Notes: generated by a model not told the origin, from the sequence alone. 64,000 bases of DNA from Candidatus Obscuribacteraceae bacterium (GCA_044229845.1 JBGASG010000004.1:1-64000); one strand, 5' to 3'. Positions 48,191 through 59,301 are shown, counted from the stretch's first letter. Program-made: numbers and translations.

Positions 48191-49317
48191 AGCTCCGGCT
48201 TATCCGTAGCCGCCACCTTGCTGCCCATACCAAGCAACTTGCGAATCTCAGGCAATGCGCGCTCGGTCGCTTTCTCACCTTCGGCAATTGCTCGCTTGTA
48301 GTCGGACTTTTTATTGGAGAGAATGGAAATCCCCTGCACGTTCGGACTGACCACAACATCGGCAAACTTGAGCTGATGCGCATCGGTGACTGCAAGCACG
48401 ATATCGGCGAGGCGAATCGTCGTGTTTTTGATCGAGCGGAATCGCTCTTTGGGTTCCTGCACCAACGGTTCGTCGACCAGGACAGCGATGACGATATCGG
48501 CACCGGTGTCGCGAGCGGAAAACGCAGGCAAGTTAGTGCGCACCCCACCATCGACATAGAGCTTGTTGTCGATTTCAACTGGCTGCAGCAGCGGCGATAT
48601 GCTGGCGCTGGCCCGCATGGCGCGCGGCAAGTCACCTTTGCTCAGTCGATATGAACGCCCGTCCAGTAAGTTTGTCGCCACCGCCGAGAAGCGGATTTTT
48701 GTGTGCTCGAGATCTTCCTGGTCATCCGGGATGACATCGCGCAGGTACTTCTCGAACTTCTTGCCGGTAAACAATCCAGCGTACTCCTTGGTGAACAGAC
48801 TGCGCACCTTGATGATCGGTGCCATCAACAGGCGCGGAGGAATCCCGCCAGGCATGTAGGCTTTACGAATCGAGCCGTCGAGGGCACGCTTTTCCAGATC
48901 TTCTGGTGTGCTACCGCTGGCGTAGAAGCCACCGATGATTGCACCCATCGAATTGCCGACGATGTAATCGATGGGAATGCCCTCGCGTTGAAGCACTTTC
49001 AAAACGCCGATATGGGCCGCGCCTCTGGCTCCGCCGCCACCCAGTGCCAGCGCTACAGATTTGCGCTTCTCTTCTTTTTTGACCTCTTTGATCTCTTCTT
49101 TGAGTTCGACTTTGGCTTCCGGGTCGTGTTCTTTGATGCCGACCGCTTCAGCCGGTGACTGCGTCTTGCGCGCATCAGCTTCTTGCTGAGTCATGGGCGC
49201 TGTCTGCTGCTGCGTTGTTGGCGCGCCATCACCGTCGGTGGTGCTGGTTTCGCAGTAGCCAGCCGGTGACAGCAATAGCGCTAGGAGACTGGACGCAAGA
49301 ATTGCGCGGCTGAGCAT
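48187..49317 (-). CDS. Patatin-like phospholipase with signal peptide
   Basis: GGGGARG, GNSMG, DGG motifs. Confidence 0.9.
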   Translation of the reverse strand: MLSRAILASSLLALLLSPAGYCETSTTDGDGAPTTQQQTAPMTQQEADARKTQSPAEAVGIKEHDPEAKVELKEEIKEVKKEEKRKSVALALGGGGARGAAHIGVLKVLQREGIPIDYIVGNSMGAIIGGFYASGSTPEDLEKRALDGSIRKAYMPGGIPPRLLMAPIIKVRSLFTKEYAGLFTGKKFEKYLRDVIPDDQEDLEHTKIRFSAVATNLLDGRSYRLSKGDLPRAMRASASISPLLQPVEIDNKLYVDGGVRTNLPAFSARDTGADIVIAVLVDEPLVQEPKERFRSIKNTTIRLADIVLAVTDAHQLKFADVVVSPNVQGISILSNKKSDYKRAIAEGEKATERALPEIRKLLGMGSKVAATDKPEL

Positions 49318-49626
49318 ATGTTTTCTCCGGGTGAAACTCTACAGAACACTGGAGATTGGACGCGCTCAGTGCAATCCTGTTCCGTTCCGCGATCAATGCA
49401 TTGCCGGGCGGCGCACGCTCCCGCGGCCCAGTTCTGACGCAGGAGCGCCCGATTTTGCTTGCGACTTGCAAAAGTGTGAAAGCGGCGAGTGGCCCTGGGA
49501 CATCTTTGGCCAGGGGACACCGCCGTTTCTGCAATAACTTTGGCACGCTGATGTGAGGCGGCGCATCCCGCATTTGGGGGATGTCCAGATAAAATTAGTA
49601 TCTTCATTTGCAAACAGAGGTATGGC

Positions 49627-51507
49627 ATGTCTCAAATCAGTCGCCGGTTCAACCTGACCGCGCTCTCAATACTGCTTCTGACATCCACGGCGTTGCCGCA
49701 GGCTTTCGGTGCGGGCCTCGCGACCGCGAAGTCAGAGACATCAGCGACAGCTGCCGCAGCAGCGCAGGCGATCCCCTGGCAGCATAACTGGCCGAAAGAT
49801 CTATTCGAGACGGCAGGCAAAGAGAAGAAGCTCGTCATCCTCGATCTGGAAGCGATCTGGTGTCACTGGTGCCACGTAATGGACGAGAAGACTTATGCCG
49901 ACCCGGCGGTGGCAAAAATCCTCAATCAGCACTTCATCTGCGTGAAGGTCGACCAGGACTCGCGCCCGGATCTCTCAAACCGCTACGAAGAATACGGCTG
50001 GCCGGCGACGATCATATTCGATTCGCACGGCAAAGAACTGGCCAAGCTCTCCGGATACATTCCCGCTGACGAAATGAAGGGGCTTCTGGAAGCGTTCGTC
50101 AAAGATCCGACGCCCGGTCCGTCTGCGAAGGAACGCGCGCCGATCAAATATTCGGATGCCAGCGCTTTGCCGGCAGCGTTGAAAGCCGATTTGCTGAAGC
50201 GGCACGTGGAAGGTTTCGACGATAAATATGGCAGCTGGGGTACTTTTCACAAGTTTCTCGACTGGGACAGCGTCGAGTACGCACTTTTGCGAGCGCGCCA
50301 GGGCGACGCGCGCGCCAAGCAAATGGCCAGGCAAACACTGACTGAACAGTTGCATCTCGTTGATCCTGTTTGGGGCGGCATCTACCAGTATTCGACCGAC
50401 GGCGATTGGGACCATCCGCACTTCGAGAAGATCATGCAGTTTCAAGGCGAGAACATGAAAGTGTATGCGGAAGGTTATGCCCAGTTTCGCGATCCCAGAT
50501 ATCTTGCGGCCGCTAAAAGCACGTACGGTTTCTTGCAAAACTTTTTGCAGAGTCCTGATGGTGCCTTTTACACCAGCATGGATGCCGACATCGTTCAGGG
50601 ACAGCATAGCGACTGGTACTACAAACTCGACGATGCCGGCAGGCGTAAGCATGGCATCCCGCGCGTCGACAGAAACATCTATGCACGCGAAAACGGCTGG
50701 GCGATCGCCGGTGTCGTTGCGCTTTATGCGGCTACGGGCGACGAAGACTATTTGCATGCCGCAACCAAAGCCGCCAACTGGATCATCGACAACCGCGCAT
50801 TGCCGGGTGGCGGTTTCGCACACGGATCGAAAAATGACACCGCTCCGTATCTCGGGGACAACGTCTACATGGGTCGCGCGCTACTGGCACTCTACGCGGC
50901 AACCGGCGATCGCAAGTGGCTGGAGAAGGCGGAAGGCTGCGCCGATTTCATCAGCCAGCATTTTGCCCAGCCAGGCGGGCAGCCCGGCTATGTCACGGCT
51001 GATACCCCATCTGGTGGCATGAAGGCGGAGCCTCTCCTGGATGAAAACATCGCAGCAGCGCGTCTTTTCAATCAGCTCTTCCAATACGACGGCAAAGAGA
51101 AATACAAAACAATGGCGCAGAACGCCATGAAGTATCTGTCCACCCCCGAGATTGCCAGCAAGCGGCGCGTGCTGGTAGCGGGCATTTTGCTTGCCGATGC
51201 CGAGCTGGCGAATGAACCGGTGCATGTGACGGTGGTAGGCAAAAAGGACGACCCGGCAGCCAAAGCCCTGTTCGTGGAGGCCATCCAGTATCCCGATGTG
51301 TACAAGCGCATCGAATGGTGGGATGCGCGCGAGGGTCCGTTGCCGCGCACCGATGTCGAGTTGCCGGAGTTGCCTGAGGCAGCTGCGTTCAGCTGCGGCA
51401 ACGGCCGCTGCTCTCGCCCGGCGCGCAGTCCGGCAGAGCTGGTTTCGCTTCTGGACCAACTGCACGCGGAGAAGCCGGACACACCGCCCACAGCGCAGGA
51501 CAAATAG
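49627..51507 (+). CDS. DUF255 thioredoxin-like + alpha/alpha-barrel protein (YyaL/SPATA20-like), exported
   Basis: WCHWCHVM, KVDQDSRPD, GWP, DPVWGG, PHFEK; N-terminal signal. Confidence 0.85.
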   Translation: MSQISRRFNLTALSILLLTSTALPQAFGAGLATAKSETSATAAAAAQAIPWQHNWPKDLFETAGKEKKLVILDLEAIWCHWCHVMDEKTYADPAVAKILNQHFICVKVDQDSRPDLSNRYEEYGWPATIIFDSHGKELAKLSGYIPADEMKGLLEAFVKDPTPGPSAKERAPIKYSDASALPAALKADLLKRHVEGFDDKYGSWGTFHKFLDWDSVEYALLRARQGDARAKQMARQTLTEQLHLVDPVWGGIYQYSTDGDWDHPHFEKIMQFQGENMKVYAEGYAQFRDPRYLAAAKSTYGFLQNFLQSPDGAFYTSMDADIVQGQHSDWYYKLDDAGRRKHGIPRVDRNIYARENGWAIAGVVALYAATGDEDYLHAATKAANWIIDNRALPGGGFAHGSKNDTAPYLGDNVYMGRALLALYAATGDRKWLEKAEGCADFISQHFAQPGGQPGYVTADTPSGGMKAEPLLDENIAAARLFNQLFQYDGKEKYKTMAQNAMKYLSTPEIASKRRVLVAGILLADAELANEPVHVTVVGKKDDPAAKALFVEAIQYPDVYKRIEWWDAREGPLPRTDVELPELPEAAAFSCGNGRCSRPARSPAELVSLLDQLHAEKPDTPPTAQDK

Positions 51508-51510
51508 CGG

Positions 51511-52677
51511 TTACGGCTGTTGAAACTGGCTGGCCGTCGGCTGGCTGTGCTCCAGCGCATCCATGATGAAGTTGGTGGTCAACGCCTGACGCAAACTGAT
51601 GCCGACGCCGGGCGCCGGATCAGGCAGAATGTTGGGACGGAAGATGGCGGCATTGTTATCGTAGTGTCCAACCAGATGCAATACATGACCGCGCCCGAAC
51701 TGAAACTCGCAAGCCAAAACACCTGTGTACATCGGGTTTTGATTGATCGCGCCATTGCGTGAGGTTGGATCTTGTTTCGCGAGGTTGGTGCTGCGAGCCA
51801 GGACGCGCACGGCATCAGGACGCAGAACACGCACCATCTGACTTTCTTGATCAAGCTTCCAGGTAGAAACATGAATGCCGTTTAGTCCCTGCAACAACAC
51901 CGGATCGGTATCCATGATGCGCGCATCGACGATAGAGCCGTCGCTCTTGCCGCCATTCCATTGAATGTAGCCGGGAAAAGCATTCTCGACGAGGTTGTGC
52001 AAACTCCAGTCGGTAGAAACCAGGTAGCCACCGCGCGACACCCAGTTTCGCAAGACTTGATAGGCTTCTTTGGGCATGCGCCCTTCGCAGTTGACGATAA
52101 TTACTTTGACGCCCGAGAGATTGGCGGTTGTCAACACTTTGCCTTTGACGCTCTCATGCCGAATGCCGAGCGCGCGCAAGGTTTTCGACGCGTCGTCCCA
52201 CTGTCCTTTGATCTCAACAACTGCGTCGGCGATGTTGGCGGTGGCTGACGTTCTATATGTAGGGTGTGTGCGGTCGAGCCAGCCGCGAAACACTTCGGGC
52301 GGCACCGCCACGTTGGTCTGGGCGCGCATCAGTACCTGATCGGCTTCGGCGTCCAGCCGCGCATTGCCGCTGACGCGACCGGGAGCCCCGAGCATGCGCG
52401 GCGCCATGGTCGGCTGGGCGGCACCGAATGTGGTTGCATTGCCCTGCAAGAAACCGCTCTTGGCACCAGCCGTTTGTTTGACGATCGGCGGTGCCGGTTG
52501 AGGCGGCGCATCATTACTATTGCCGTTGTTAGTGAACTGGTTGGGATTGACGGTGAAGGTGGCGCGCTCATCCTCCTCCCAGTCCGACTGAGCGGCCTGA
52601 GCCGGCAGGAACACAGAAGCCGCCGCAAGAGCCAGGCTAAAAGCCAGGAACGGGTTCAATATCCGTGTCTTATTCAA
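51511..52677 (-). CDS. Exported hypothetical protein, possibly class I GATase-like C-terminal fold (start uncertain: 52677 TTG or 52710 ATG)
   Basis: Signal ending AQA; VIIVNC, WVSRGGYLVSTD, FGRGHV..GH patterns. Confidence 0.6.
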   Translation of the reverse strand: MNKTRILNPFLAFSLALAAASVFLPAQAAQSDWEEDERATFTVNPNQFTNNGNSNDAPPQPAPPIVKQTAGAKSGFLQGNATTFGAAQPTMAPRMLGAPGRVSGNARLDAEADQVLMRAQTNVAVPPEVFRGWLDRTHPTYRTSATANIADAVVEIKGQWDDASKTLRALGIRHESVKGKVLTTANLSGVKVIIVNCEGRMPKEAYQVLRNWVSRGGYLVSTDWSLHNLVENAFPGYIQWNGGKSDGSIVDARIMDTDPVLLQGLNGIHVSTWKLDQESQMVRVLRPDAVRVLARSTNLAKQDPTSRNGAINQNPMYTGVLACEFQFGRGHVLHLVGHYDNNAAIFRPNILPDPAPGVGISLRQALTTNFIMDALEHSQPTASQFQQP

Positions 52678-52837
52678 GAGGCAGTCCTGCTGGCTGTATG
52701 AAACGCGCATCCGCCTGCTGGGAGCAGACGCATATAAACAGTATGACGGATGCTCAGCCCAGCTGTTCCTCCTCCGGCCAAATTGCCCACAGATGGCGGA
52801 AAGGCTCGCCTGGTGTGGGCTGGTACAATTACCACCC

Positions 52838-53251
52838 ATGAAATACTGGCTATTAAAAACCGAGCCTGATTGCTACAGCTGGGGCGATCTGGAACGCGAC
52901 AAGAAGACCTGCTGGGATGGCGTCGGCAACAACCTGGCGCTCAAGTATATTCGCGAAATGCGCAAGGGCGACCTGGCGCTCATCTATCACACAGGCGACG
53001 AACGGCAGGCGGTCGGCATCGCTGAAGTGACCAGCGATCCATATGTAGATCCGAAGCTGAATGACCCGAAGATGGCGGTCATCGATGTGAAACCGCGCCG
53101 CAAGCTGGCGACTCCCGTGACGCTGGCGACGGTTAAAGCCAATAACAAGCTGTCCGATTTTCTGCTCGTCAAAATGTCCAGGCTCGGCGTCATGCCAGTC
53201 ACGGACGAGCAGTGGGAAATCATGCTCGGCAAAGAAGCAGCGAAGGCATGA
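52838..53251 (+). CDS. EVE domain protein
   Basis: YWLLKTEP, WDGVGN, MRKGD..LIYHTG, SRLGVMPV. Confidence 0.92.
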   Translation: MKYWLLKTEPDCYSWGDLERDKKTCWDGVGNNLALKYIREMRKGDLALIYHTGDERQAVGIAEVTSDPYVDPKLNDPKMAVIDVKPRRKLATPVTLATVKANNKLSDFLLVKMSRLGVMPVTDEQWEIMLGKEAAKA

Positions 53252-53269
53252 GGAATTAGCTTCGAAAGA

Positions 53270-53524
53270 TCAGGCGGTGCGTCTGGTCGGTCCGCCGCGT
53301 CCTTGTGAGGCGGCGGCGTCTTCATTGACCGCGCGACGGATCGAAGCCAGGGCATCGAGCATCGGCCAGATGACTTCTTTCATTTCGTCGACTTCGTAGG
53401 TGCCAATCTCACCGCGCTCATAGCGGCGGCAAACATCTTCCCACAGCTCGAAGAGCCGTTTGGGATCGACCATCTCTCTGGCCTTTTGCTGGAACTCGAT
53501 GAGATCAAAAGATTCCGGTTCCAT
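53270..53524 (-). CDS. Small hypothetical protein
   Basis: GGAGAGG RBS before ATG 53524 (MEPESFDL...). Confidence 0.65.
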   Translation of the reverse strand: MEPESFDLIEFQQKAREMVDPKRLFELWEDVCRRYERGEIGTYEVDEMKEVIWPMLDALASIRRAVNEDAAASQGRGGPTRRTA

Positions 53525-53825
53525 TTGGGTTACCTCTCCACGCTTATCAGAAGGATGCTGAATTTCAGTGTTCATGTCAAGCCGGATCGCGCCAGCTATT
53601 CATAGTTTCGGACTATCTGTTTTAAGGGTCAGAACATGTGTGAAGCGAAGCTGTTCTATATAGATGTTACATGGAACTGTTCTGTTCCAAAAGTGCCTCG
53701 ATTAAAAACAAGATCGTTATCAGATCGCGAGTCTGTCTGATACCCGGTTTGAGGGGTGACAGTCCGCCGGGGAGCCGCACCGCATGCGGTGCTCCGCTGA
53801 GCGCGCACGCGTAGAGCTGATCTGA

Positions 53826-54386
53826 TCAGGCGATAGCTGTGGAGCGTTGTCCTTGAGGCAAACGCGGATTGACGTAGGTCAACTGGTCATTGCGCGAGAG
53901 CAATAGCTCCTCGCGGCCGTGGGTGAGACGTTCTACCACCCGACCATCTTCGTAGACGGCGACAGTGCGGTTGTATCCATTGACGTTATACGTGCGGGCC
54001 CAGGTGCCTTCCGGCGTGATGCGGGTCGTCATCTCAACCCCATCGGTGTTGACCGCCTGGACGATGTTGGCGAATCCATTATCGATCATCGCTTTCGAGA
54101 AGTTGCTGCCGGGCTGCACACGAGCATCGATCAAATCGCGCGGCGAAGACGGCTCAACGCGAAATGTTCCATGATCTGCGGTCTGTCCTGGTCCGTCCGA
54201 ACTGAGCAACGCAATTGATGTGATACCACTTCGATCGCCGACAACTGTTGTGCTTTGCGCGATGGCCGCGTCTTGCAGCTCGCGCTGCACATCAGCCCAG
54301 CGGTTTGCACGGTCGCCCGACGTCGAGGTCGAGGCATCGTTCTCAAACCAGGAATTAAGTACGGAGTCACCCAAGGGTCCGGACAT
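53826..54386 (-). CDS. Hypothetical protein
   Basis: 186-aa ORF, AGGGTGG upstream. Confidence 0.6.
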   Translation of the reverse strand: MSGPLGDSVLNSWFENDASTSTSGDRANRWADVQRELQDAAIAQSTTVVGDRSGITSIALLSSDGPGQTADHGTFRVEPSSPRDLIDARVQPGSNFSKAMIDNGFANIVQAVNTDGVEMTTRITPEGTWARTYNVNGYNRTVAVYEDGRVVERLTHGREELLLSRNDQLTYVNPRLPQGQRSTAIA

Positions 54387-54550
54387 GATCCACCCTACAT
54401 ACTAAAAAATGCAATGCTAGAGAAACACGAGAAACGTGAAATTTAGGGAGAGGACCACACCTTTGCCAACCCTGAAAAACAGCAATAGGGTGTGTCGCCA
54501 AAACTTCGGATTTTTATTGTGCGACCCTATTATTGGAATGTCAAGCCAAT

Positions 54551-56209
54551 TTAACTTTGCCGCCTGGGATAATCACCATAGAGCATGATTGGCTGGCCGG
54601 TTTCCTTCGCCACGCCTTTGGCTTCCTTAGCGGCGTTCAGCAGAACACCAAGGTCTTGCGTATGCTCTGGTGCGCCGGCGATACCACAGTAAATGCTGAG
54701 CGGACCTGGCAGCCCAAGCGGAGTTGCGGTCAGCACTTCGATGATGCGATTGGCGAACATACGCGACGATTTCGCATAGGTGTTCGGCAGCAGGAAGGCG
54801 AAATCAAAGGTTTCAAAGTGGGCGAATGTGTCGACGGCGCGCTTGATGGTTTCCAGACGTCGTCCGGCATCGCGTACGGTTTGCATGGGCAGGTGATCGT
54901 AGTTATCGCCGCTGAGAAACTTAAGCTCAAGCACAACCAGCGACAACGGCCAGCCGGCAGCAGCGCAACGGATGAACTCTTGTTCGGCAAAGAAAAGGAA
55001 CGCTGGATAGGTGTAGATGCCGGTTTCCTGGCGAGTCAGAAGACGCACCACGCTCTGAATTGCCTGGCGATCGATTTGCGTCGAGGCAGTTGAAATGCCC
55101 GCAGCGACTGCGCCCACACCAACCGATACCAGCCCGCAGCTCATCAGGTTGAACATGATTGGCGCCCATTCGTTCTTGGTCATCGGCACGCGCCGCAGAA
55201 TATCCTGCAGACTGGCGCGATTGTCGACCATCTCGTAGAACTTTCTTTGAGTAGCCAGATCGAGCGGAGCGCCCTTGGTGAGCGCCTCTTTAAACATTTC
55301 GTCGGTGATGCGGTCCTGCTTGCGCAAAAGCGTCGAGTCGACCTTCAGACCAGCTGTATTGAGAAACTTGACCTGGTCGAGAAGCGCGATACCCTCCATG
55401 ATCATGCCGTCCAGACGGCGCTTGATCGTTTTGTCGTCGCATTTGTCGTTGGGGTAGAAACGGAACTGTCCCTGCTCCCAGGTGAGAATTTCGACAATCG
55501 CCGCATCACCCTTGTTCTCGGGTGAATCAGCATGTTGTGGTGCGCCTTCGTGGAAATAGATGTTGCACGCGTTGGCTTCGTGCGTGATGTTGAGCCGGCC
55601 GGTCATTTTGCTCATGTTGATGGACTGCAGCAGGGTCGGCACCTGCATATTCTCCAGCTCGCCCTCCAAAATCGCTTTGGAGCGCTCGCGTGTGGCACTG
55701 GTCTCCAGCTTGAGCGTCTCGGAGGTCGTATGCTTGCCGGCGGGCGGTGCAGCAGCTGAGCCCGGAAGCAGGTTGTGAACAGAACTTTCAGCGGTTGTTG
55801 CAGGCTTAGCTGATGCATAACTCAAATCGAGATCGGCGGGTGAAGCCGAGTCGGGGCAGGCTTGCAGGGCCAGGCTGTGAACCAGGTTAATGTCGCCTGT
55901 GTTGTACTCCCAGAGTTTTTCCGCGTTTGTGTCGTCGCCACCGTACATGGCCCATATCGGTTCGTACGACCCGGATTCCACCCGTGCCGTCAGCATGACG
56001 CTGGTGCTGCGAGTTGCGTTGGTGAACCAGGGCATCTCAATCGTGCGTCCGGCAGTCTTTTGCGCCTCGGTCAGCATGAAGCGCAAGTCGTTCAGACTCG
56101 GCATCGCTTGCTGCTTGAGCAGCCGATGCGCCGAGGTGGAGGTACTTCCTGCTAGGTTATTTCTTTGCGAACGACCGAACATTGCGCCAGTTAGCTGAAG
56201 AGACGTCAT
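54551..56209 (-). CDS. DUF4388 (PatA_N) protein with degenerate GGDEF-like domain
   Basis: LEGEL..MQVPTLLQSINMSKMTGRL...IYFHEG...WEQGQFRF; C-terminal KRAVDTFAHFETFDFAFLLP...GIAGAP...LLNAA. Confidence 0.8.
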   Translation of the reverse strand: MTSLQLTGAMFGRSQRNNLAGSTSTSAHRLLKQQAMPSLNDLRFMLTEAQKTAGRTIEMPWFTNATRSTSVMLTARVESGSYEPIWAMYGGDDTNAEKLWEYNTGDINLVHSLALQACPDSASPADLDLSYASAKPATTAESSVHNLLPGSAAAPPAGKHTTSETLKLETSATRERSKAILEGELENMQVPTLLQSINMSKMTGRLNITHEANACNIYFHEGAPQHADSPENKGDAAIVEILTWEQGQFRFYPNDKCDDKTIKRRLDGMIMEGIALLDQVKFLNTAGLKVDSTLLRKQDRITDEMFKEALTKGAPLDLATQRKFYEMVDNRASLQDILRRVPMTKNEWAPIMFNLMSCGLVSVGVGAVAAGISTASTQIDRQAIQSVVRLLTRQETGIYTYPAFLFFAEQEFIRCAAAGWPLSLVVLELKFLSGDNYDHLPMQTVRDAGRRLETIKRAVDTFAHFETFDFAFLLPNTYAKSSRMFANRIIEVLTATPLGLPGPLSIYCGIAGAPEHTQDLGVLLNAAKEAKGVAKETGQPIMLYGDYPRRQS

Positions 56210-56313
56210 AAACCTCTAACCCAGCCTGGGGCTTTTTATAACGTTTACGAGATGCCAAGGACATGACTCTTATAACTTAGTCCTAGAGATCTCAATTATG
56301 GGACGCCCACAAC

Positions 56314-56343
56314 AAAACGGGGCGGCCGGAGCCGCCCCGTTTT
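56314..56343 (-). terminator. Intrinsic terminator after gdh
   Basis: AAAACGGGGCGGC-CGGA-GCCGCCCCGTTTT. Confidence 0.85.
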
Positions 56344-56367
56344 CTTGAACTCGAAAACCGCGCCAGC

Positions 56368-57651
56368 TTATGGATACAAGCCACGCAGCCGTTTAGCTTC
56401 CGCCAACCGTCCGACACCAATACGCAGTGCCGCCATCCGCGGACGCAATTCGTTTTTCTTGGACATCTCGAAGACCTGATCGCAGGCTCGGCCCATGATC
56501 TCTTCGAGCTTGTTGTTGACCTCGTCTTCAGACCAGAACAGGTGCATCAAGCCCTGTACCCATTCGAAGTAACTGACGGTGACGCCGCCGGCGTTGGCCA
56601 GAATATCCGGCACGATTAACACACCTTTGTCGTGCAAGGTCAGGTCGGCGTCCGGGCTGGTCGGTCCATTCGCGCCTTCGACAATGATCTGCGCCTTGAT
56701 GCGGTGGGCGTTGGAGGAGGTAATCTGTCCACCCAGTGCGGCGGGAATCAAAACGTCGCAGGGCAGTTCGAGAAGCTCGCTGTTGGAGATCGACTCGGTG
56801 CGGGTGAATCCTTCCACCCGTCCCATTTCGCTCATGTAGGCCTGGAGACGGGGGATATCGATACCGTTCTGGTTGTAGATGCCGCCGTGGACGTCTGATA
56901 CAGCGACGATCTTATAACCGGATTCATGCAGCAAACGGGCAGCGATCGAGCCGACGTTGCCGAATCCCTGCACCACCACTGATGGTGCATCGTTCTTCAT
57001 GCCGATGTGCTGAACGGCCCGACGTGTGCAATAGGCGACACCGCGTCCGGTCGCTTCGTTGCGACCGAGTGAACCACCGATGGAGACCGGCTTGCCGGTG
57101 ACCACGGACGGTACGGTGTGCCCGACGTTGATACTGTACGTGTCCATGATCCAAGCCATGGTCTGCTCGTTGGTGTACATATCCGGAGCGGGAATGTCTT
57201 TGTCCGGGCCGAGCAGCGTGATAATTTCGGAGGTGTAGCGCCGCGTCATGCGCTCTTTCTCACCCATCGAAAGATTCCATGGCTCGCAGCGGATGCCGCC
57301 TTTGGCGCCGCCGTACGGCAGTCCCATCAGCGCGCACTTCCAGGTCATCAGCATAGCCAGCGAAGAAACCTCTCCCAGGTTCACTTCTGGATGGAAGCGG
57401 ATGCCGCCTTTGGCAGGTCCGAGGGTGGTGTCGTGTTGAACGCGATAGCCAGTGAACGTTTTCACCTGCCCGTTGTCCATTTTGACCGGCACAGTGACAA
57501 TCAAGGCTCTCTTTGGATAACGAAGACGTTCGTGCAGTTCAGCGTCTAGTCCCATCTCCTCTGCGATTTCATCGAGTTGCCGCTGCGTCATCAAGAAATG
57601 CTCTGTTTCGCATTCCATCGTCGGTCTTGGAACCGACTGTTTAACTGCCAT
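56368..57651 (-). CDS. gdhA: Glutamate dehydrogenase (Glu/Leu/Phe/Val family)
   Basis: GYRVQH, KGGIRF, MTWKC, GGAKGG, DIPAPD, QGFGNVG, EGANGP, NAGGVTVSYFEWVQ. Confidence 0.93.
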   Translation of the reverse strand: MAVKQSVPRPTMECETEHFLMTQRQLDEIAEEMGLDAELHERLRYPKRALIVTVPVKMDNGQVKTFTGYRVQHDTTLGPAKGGIRFHPEVNLGEVSSLAMLMTWKCALMGLPYGGAKGGIRCEPWNLSMGEKERMTRRYTSEIITLLGPDKDIPAPDMYTNEQTMAWIMDTYSINVGHTVPSVVTGKPVSIGGSLGRNEATGRGVAYCTRRAVQHIGMKNDAPSVVVQGFGNVGSIAARLLHESGYKIVAVSDVHGGIYNQNGIDIPRLQAYMSEMGRVEGFTRTESISNSELLELPCDVLIPAALGGQITSSNAHRIKAQIIVEGANGPTSPDADLTLHDKGVLIVPDILANAGGVTVSYFEWVQGLMHLFWSEDEVNNKLEEIMGRACDQVFEMSKKNELRPRMAALRIGVGRLAEAKRLRGLYP

Positions 57652-57884
57652 TGGACCCCTCCCTGGGTGATTGTGGTCACCGCGTGAAACGTACATATCC
57701 AGCGCGTTTCACTTGTATATGTTTCGCGTAATGTTACCAAGGAGGATACGAAGGATGGTGAAAGTCCCCGGGGCCGGCCGGTTAAGTTTTTCTGACCTCG
57801 TATTTGGTATCACAAAGGCGGCCTTTCAACGATGCCAAGGCTCTTTTAAGCTTGTCTATTGACAACCGCTGTGGCAGCGAAGCT

Positions 57885-59198
57885 CTAGTGGCTTTCCAGC
57901 TGCGGATGAGTGTCCGTCACGGTTTGCCCGTGAGCTGGTGCTGGTTCCGCCGGGAGGGCCGGCACCGGCTGGCGGTGATGTCCGCCACCGCCGTGCCCGC
58001 CGGCAGCCCGATGACGCAGAGCCGGTGACATGGTGTGGCGGGGCAACCCTACCGGTGCATCTTTCGAGGGGTCGACGGCGAAGAAAAATGCCGTCCCCAA
58101 AATCGTGTACACCGCCAGCAGCTGGACGCCTTCCAACCAGTTGGATTCACCGTCGGTGGCGATGTAGGAAAGAATGATCACCGAGACCACCACCGACAGC
58201 ACTTCGAAAGGCGTGAAGTTGAGGTTCATGGGAATGTGCTGCATGGTGTTGGGATCGACAGGACCGAAGAAAAACGAGAGAAACACCAGAATCGGCGCCA
58301 CTAATAAAGCAATTTGCGCACCTGATCCCAGTGCGATATTGATTGCCAGGTCCATCTTGTTCTTCATCGCCATCATGATCGCCGTGCTGTGCTCGGCGGC
58401 ATTACCGATGATGGCAACCAGAATCACTCCGATGAAGACCTGGCTCATGTGCAACTGTTGACCGGTGTTTTCCACCGAGCCCACCAGCACTTCCGAGATC
58501 ACCGCCACCAGAATCGTTGCGACGGCGAGAATGAAAATCGACTTCTTGACGCCCCACGTCCCCACCCCGATAGCATCTCGTGCGTCATCATCAACTTCAC
58601 GGGTGTACAGATGCTTGTGCGTCTTCAAACTGAAAAGCAGACTGCACAGGTAAGTGAACAACAAAACAATCGCGATACCCAGCGCCAGGTCGTCTTCGAA
58701 GTCCGAGCTTTTCGGATGGGCAAAGTGGAACGTCGCCGGCACCGTCAAGCTGATAGCGCCGAGAGCCAGCAAAGTAGCGGAAGTAGCAGCCGCCGTGCGA
58801 TTGAAATACTGAATGTCATATCGCAAGCCGCCCGCCAGCACGCTGGCCCCGAGAACCAGCAGGATGTTTCCGATAATCGACCCGGTAATCGAAGCCTTGA
58901 CGATATCGTAGAGCCCGGCACGCATAGCAGCGAAAGCGATGATCAGTTCGCAGGCATTGCCGAACGTGGCGTTCAGCAGCCCGCCCAACCCCGCGCCCAC
59001 CTTATCGGCCAGATACTCAGTGGCCTTGCCCATCAAACCGGCCAGGGGAATGATGCCCAGACAAGCGCAGACAAAAACCCCTACGTGATACTGCGGCACA
59101 TGCTCGTTCTGCCTGGCCAGCCATTCCGCAACAAAGGTGAGCGGAACAAAGATCAAGAGCAGATCGAGTGCAGATAAGCCTTTTAGCCACTGGGGCAA
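57885..59198 (-). CDS. cax: Ca2+/H+ exchanger (CAX) with His-rich C-tail
   Basis: NATFGNACE and GNAAEH alpha-repeats, [16 protein letters not shown]. Confidence 0.92.
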   Translation of the reverse strand: MPQWLKGLSALDLLLIFVPLTFVAEWLARQNEHVPQYHVGVFVCACLGIIPLAGLMGKATEYLADKVGAGLGGLLNATFGNACELIIAFAAMRAGLYDIVKASITGSIIGNILLVLGASVLAGGLRYDIQYFNRTAAATSATLLALGAISLTVPATFHFAHPKSSDFEDDLALGIAIVLLFTYLCSLLFSLKTHKHLYTREVDDDARDAIGVGTWGVKKSIFILAVATILVAVISEVLVGSVENTGQQLHMSQVFIGVILVAIIGNAAEHSTAIMMAMKNKMDLAINIALGSGAQIALLVAPILVFLSFFFGPVDPNTMQHIPMNLNFTPFEVLSVVVSVIILSYIATDGESNWLEGVQLLAVYTILGTAFFFAVDPSKDAPVGLPRHTMSPALRHRAAGGHGGGGHHRQPVPALPAEPAPAHGQTVTDTHPQLESH

Positions 59199-59301
59199 CG
59201 CCAGAGACCTCCCACGGTTTGTAAGTAATAATACCCGCGCCCGCGCTTGTTATTCTTCTGGGATCTAAACTTATTGAGTTGCGAATTTCAAAGAGGCCAT
59301 T

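Noticed and set aside
53630..53690. GAAC/GTTC clusters resembling LexA boxes
   Set aside because: Spacing fits none of the LexA consensus patterns I know
53771..53795. GGAGCC-GCACCGCATGCGGTGC-TCC hairpin, superficially like group II intron domain V
   Set aside because: Lacks proper domain V geometry, other intron domains and any RT gene; likely a terminator or stability hairpin
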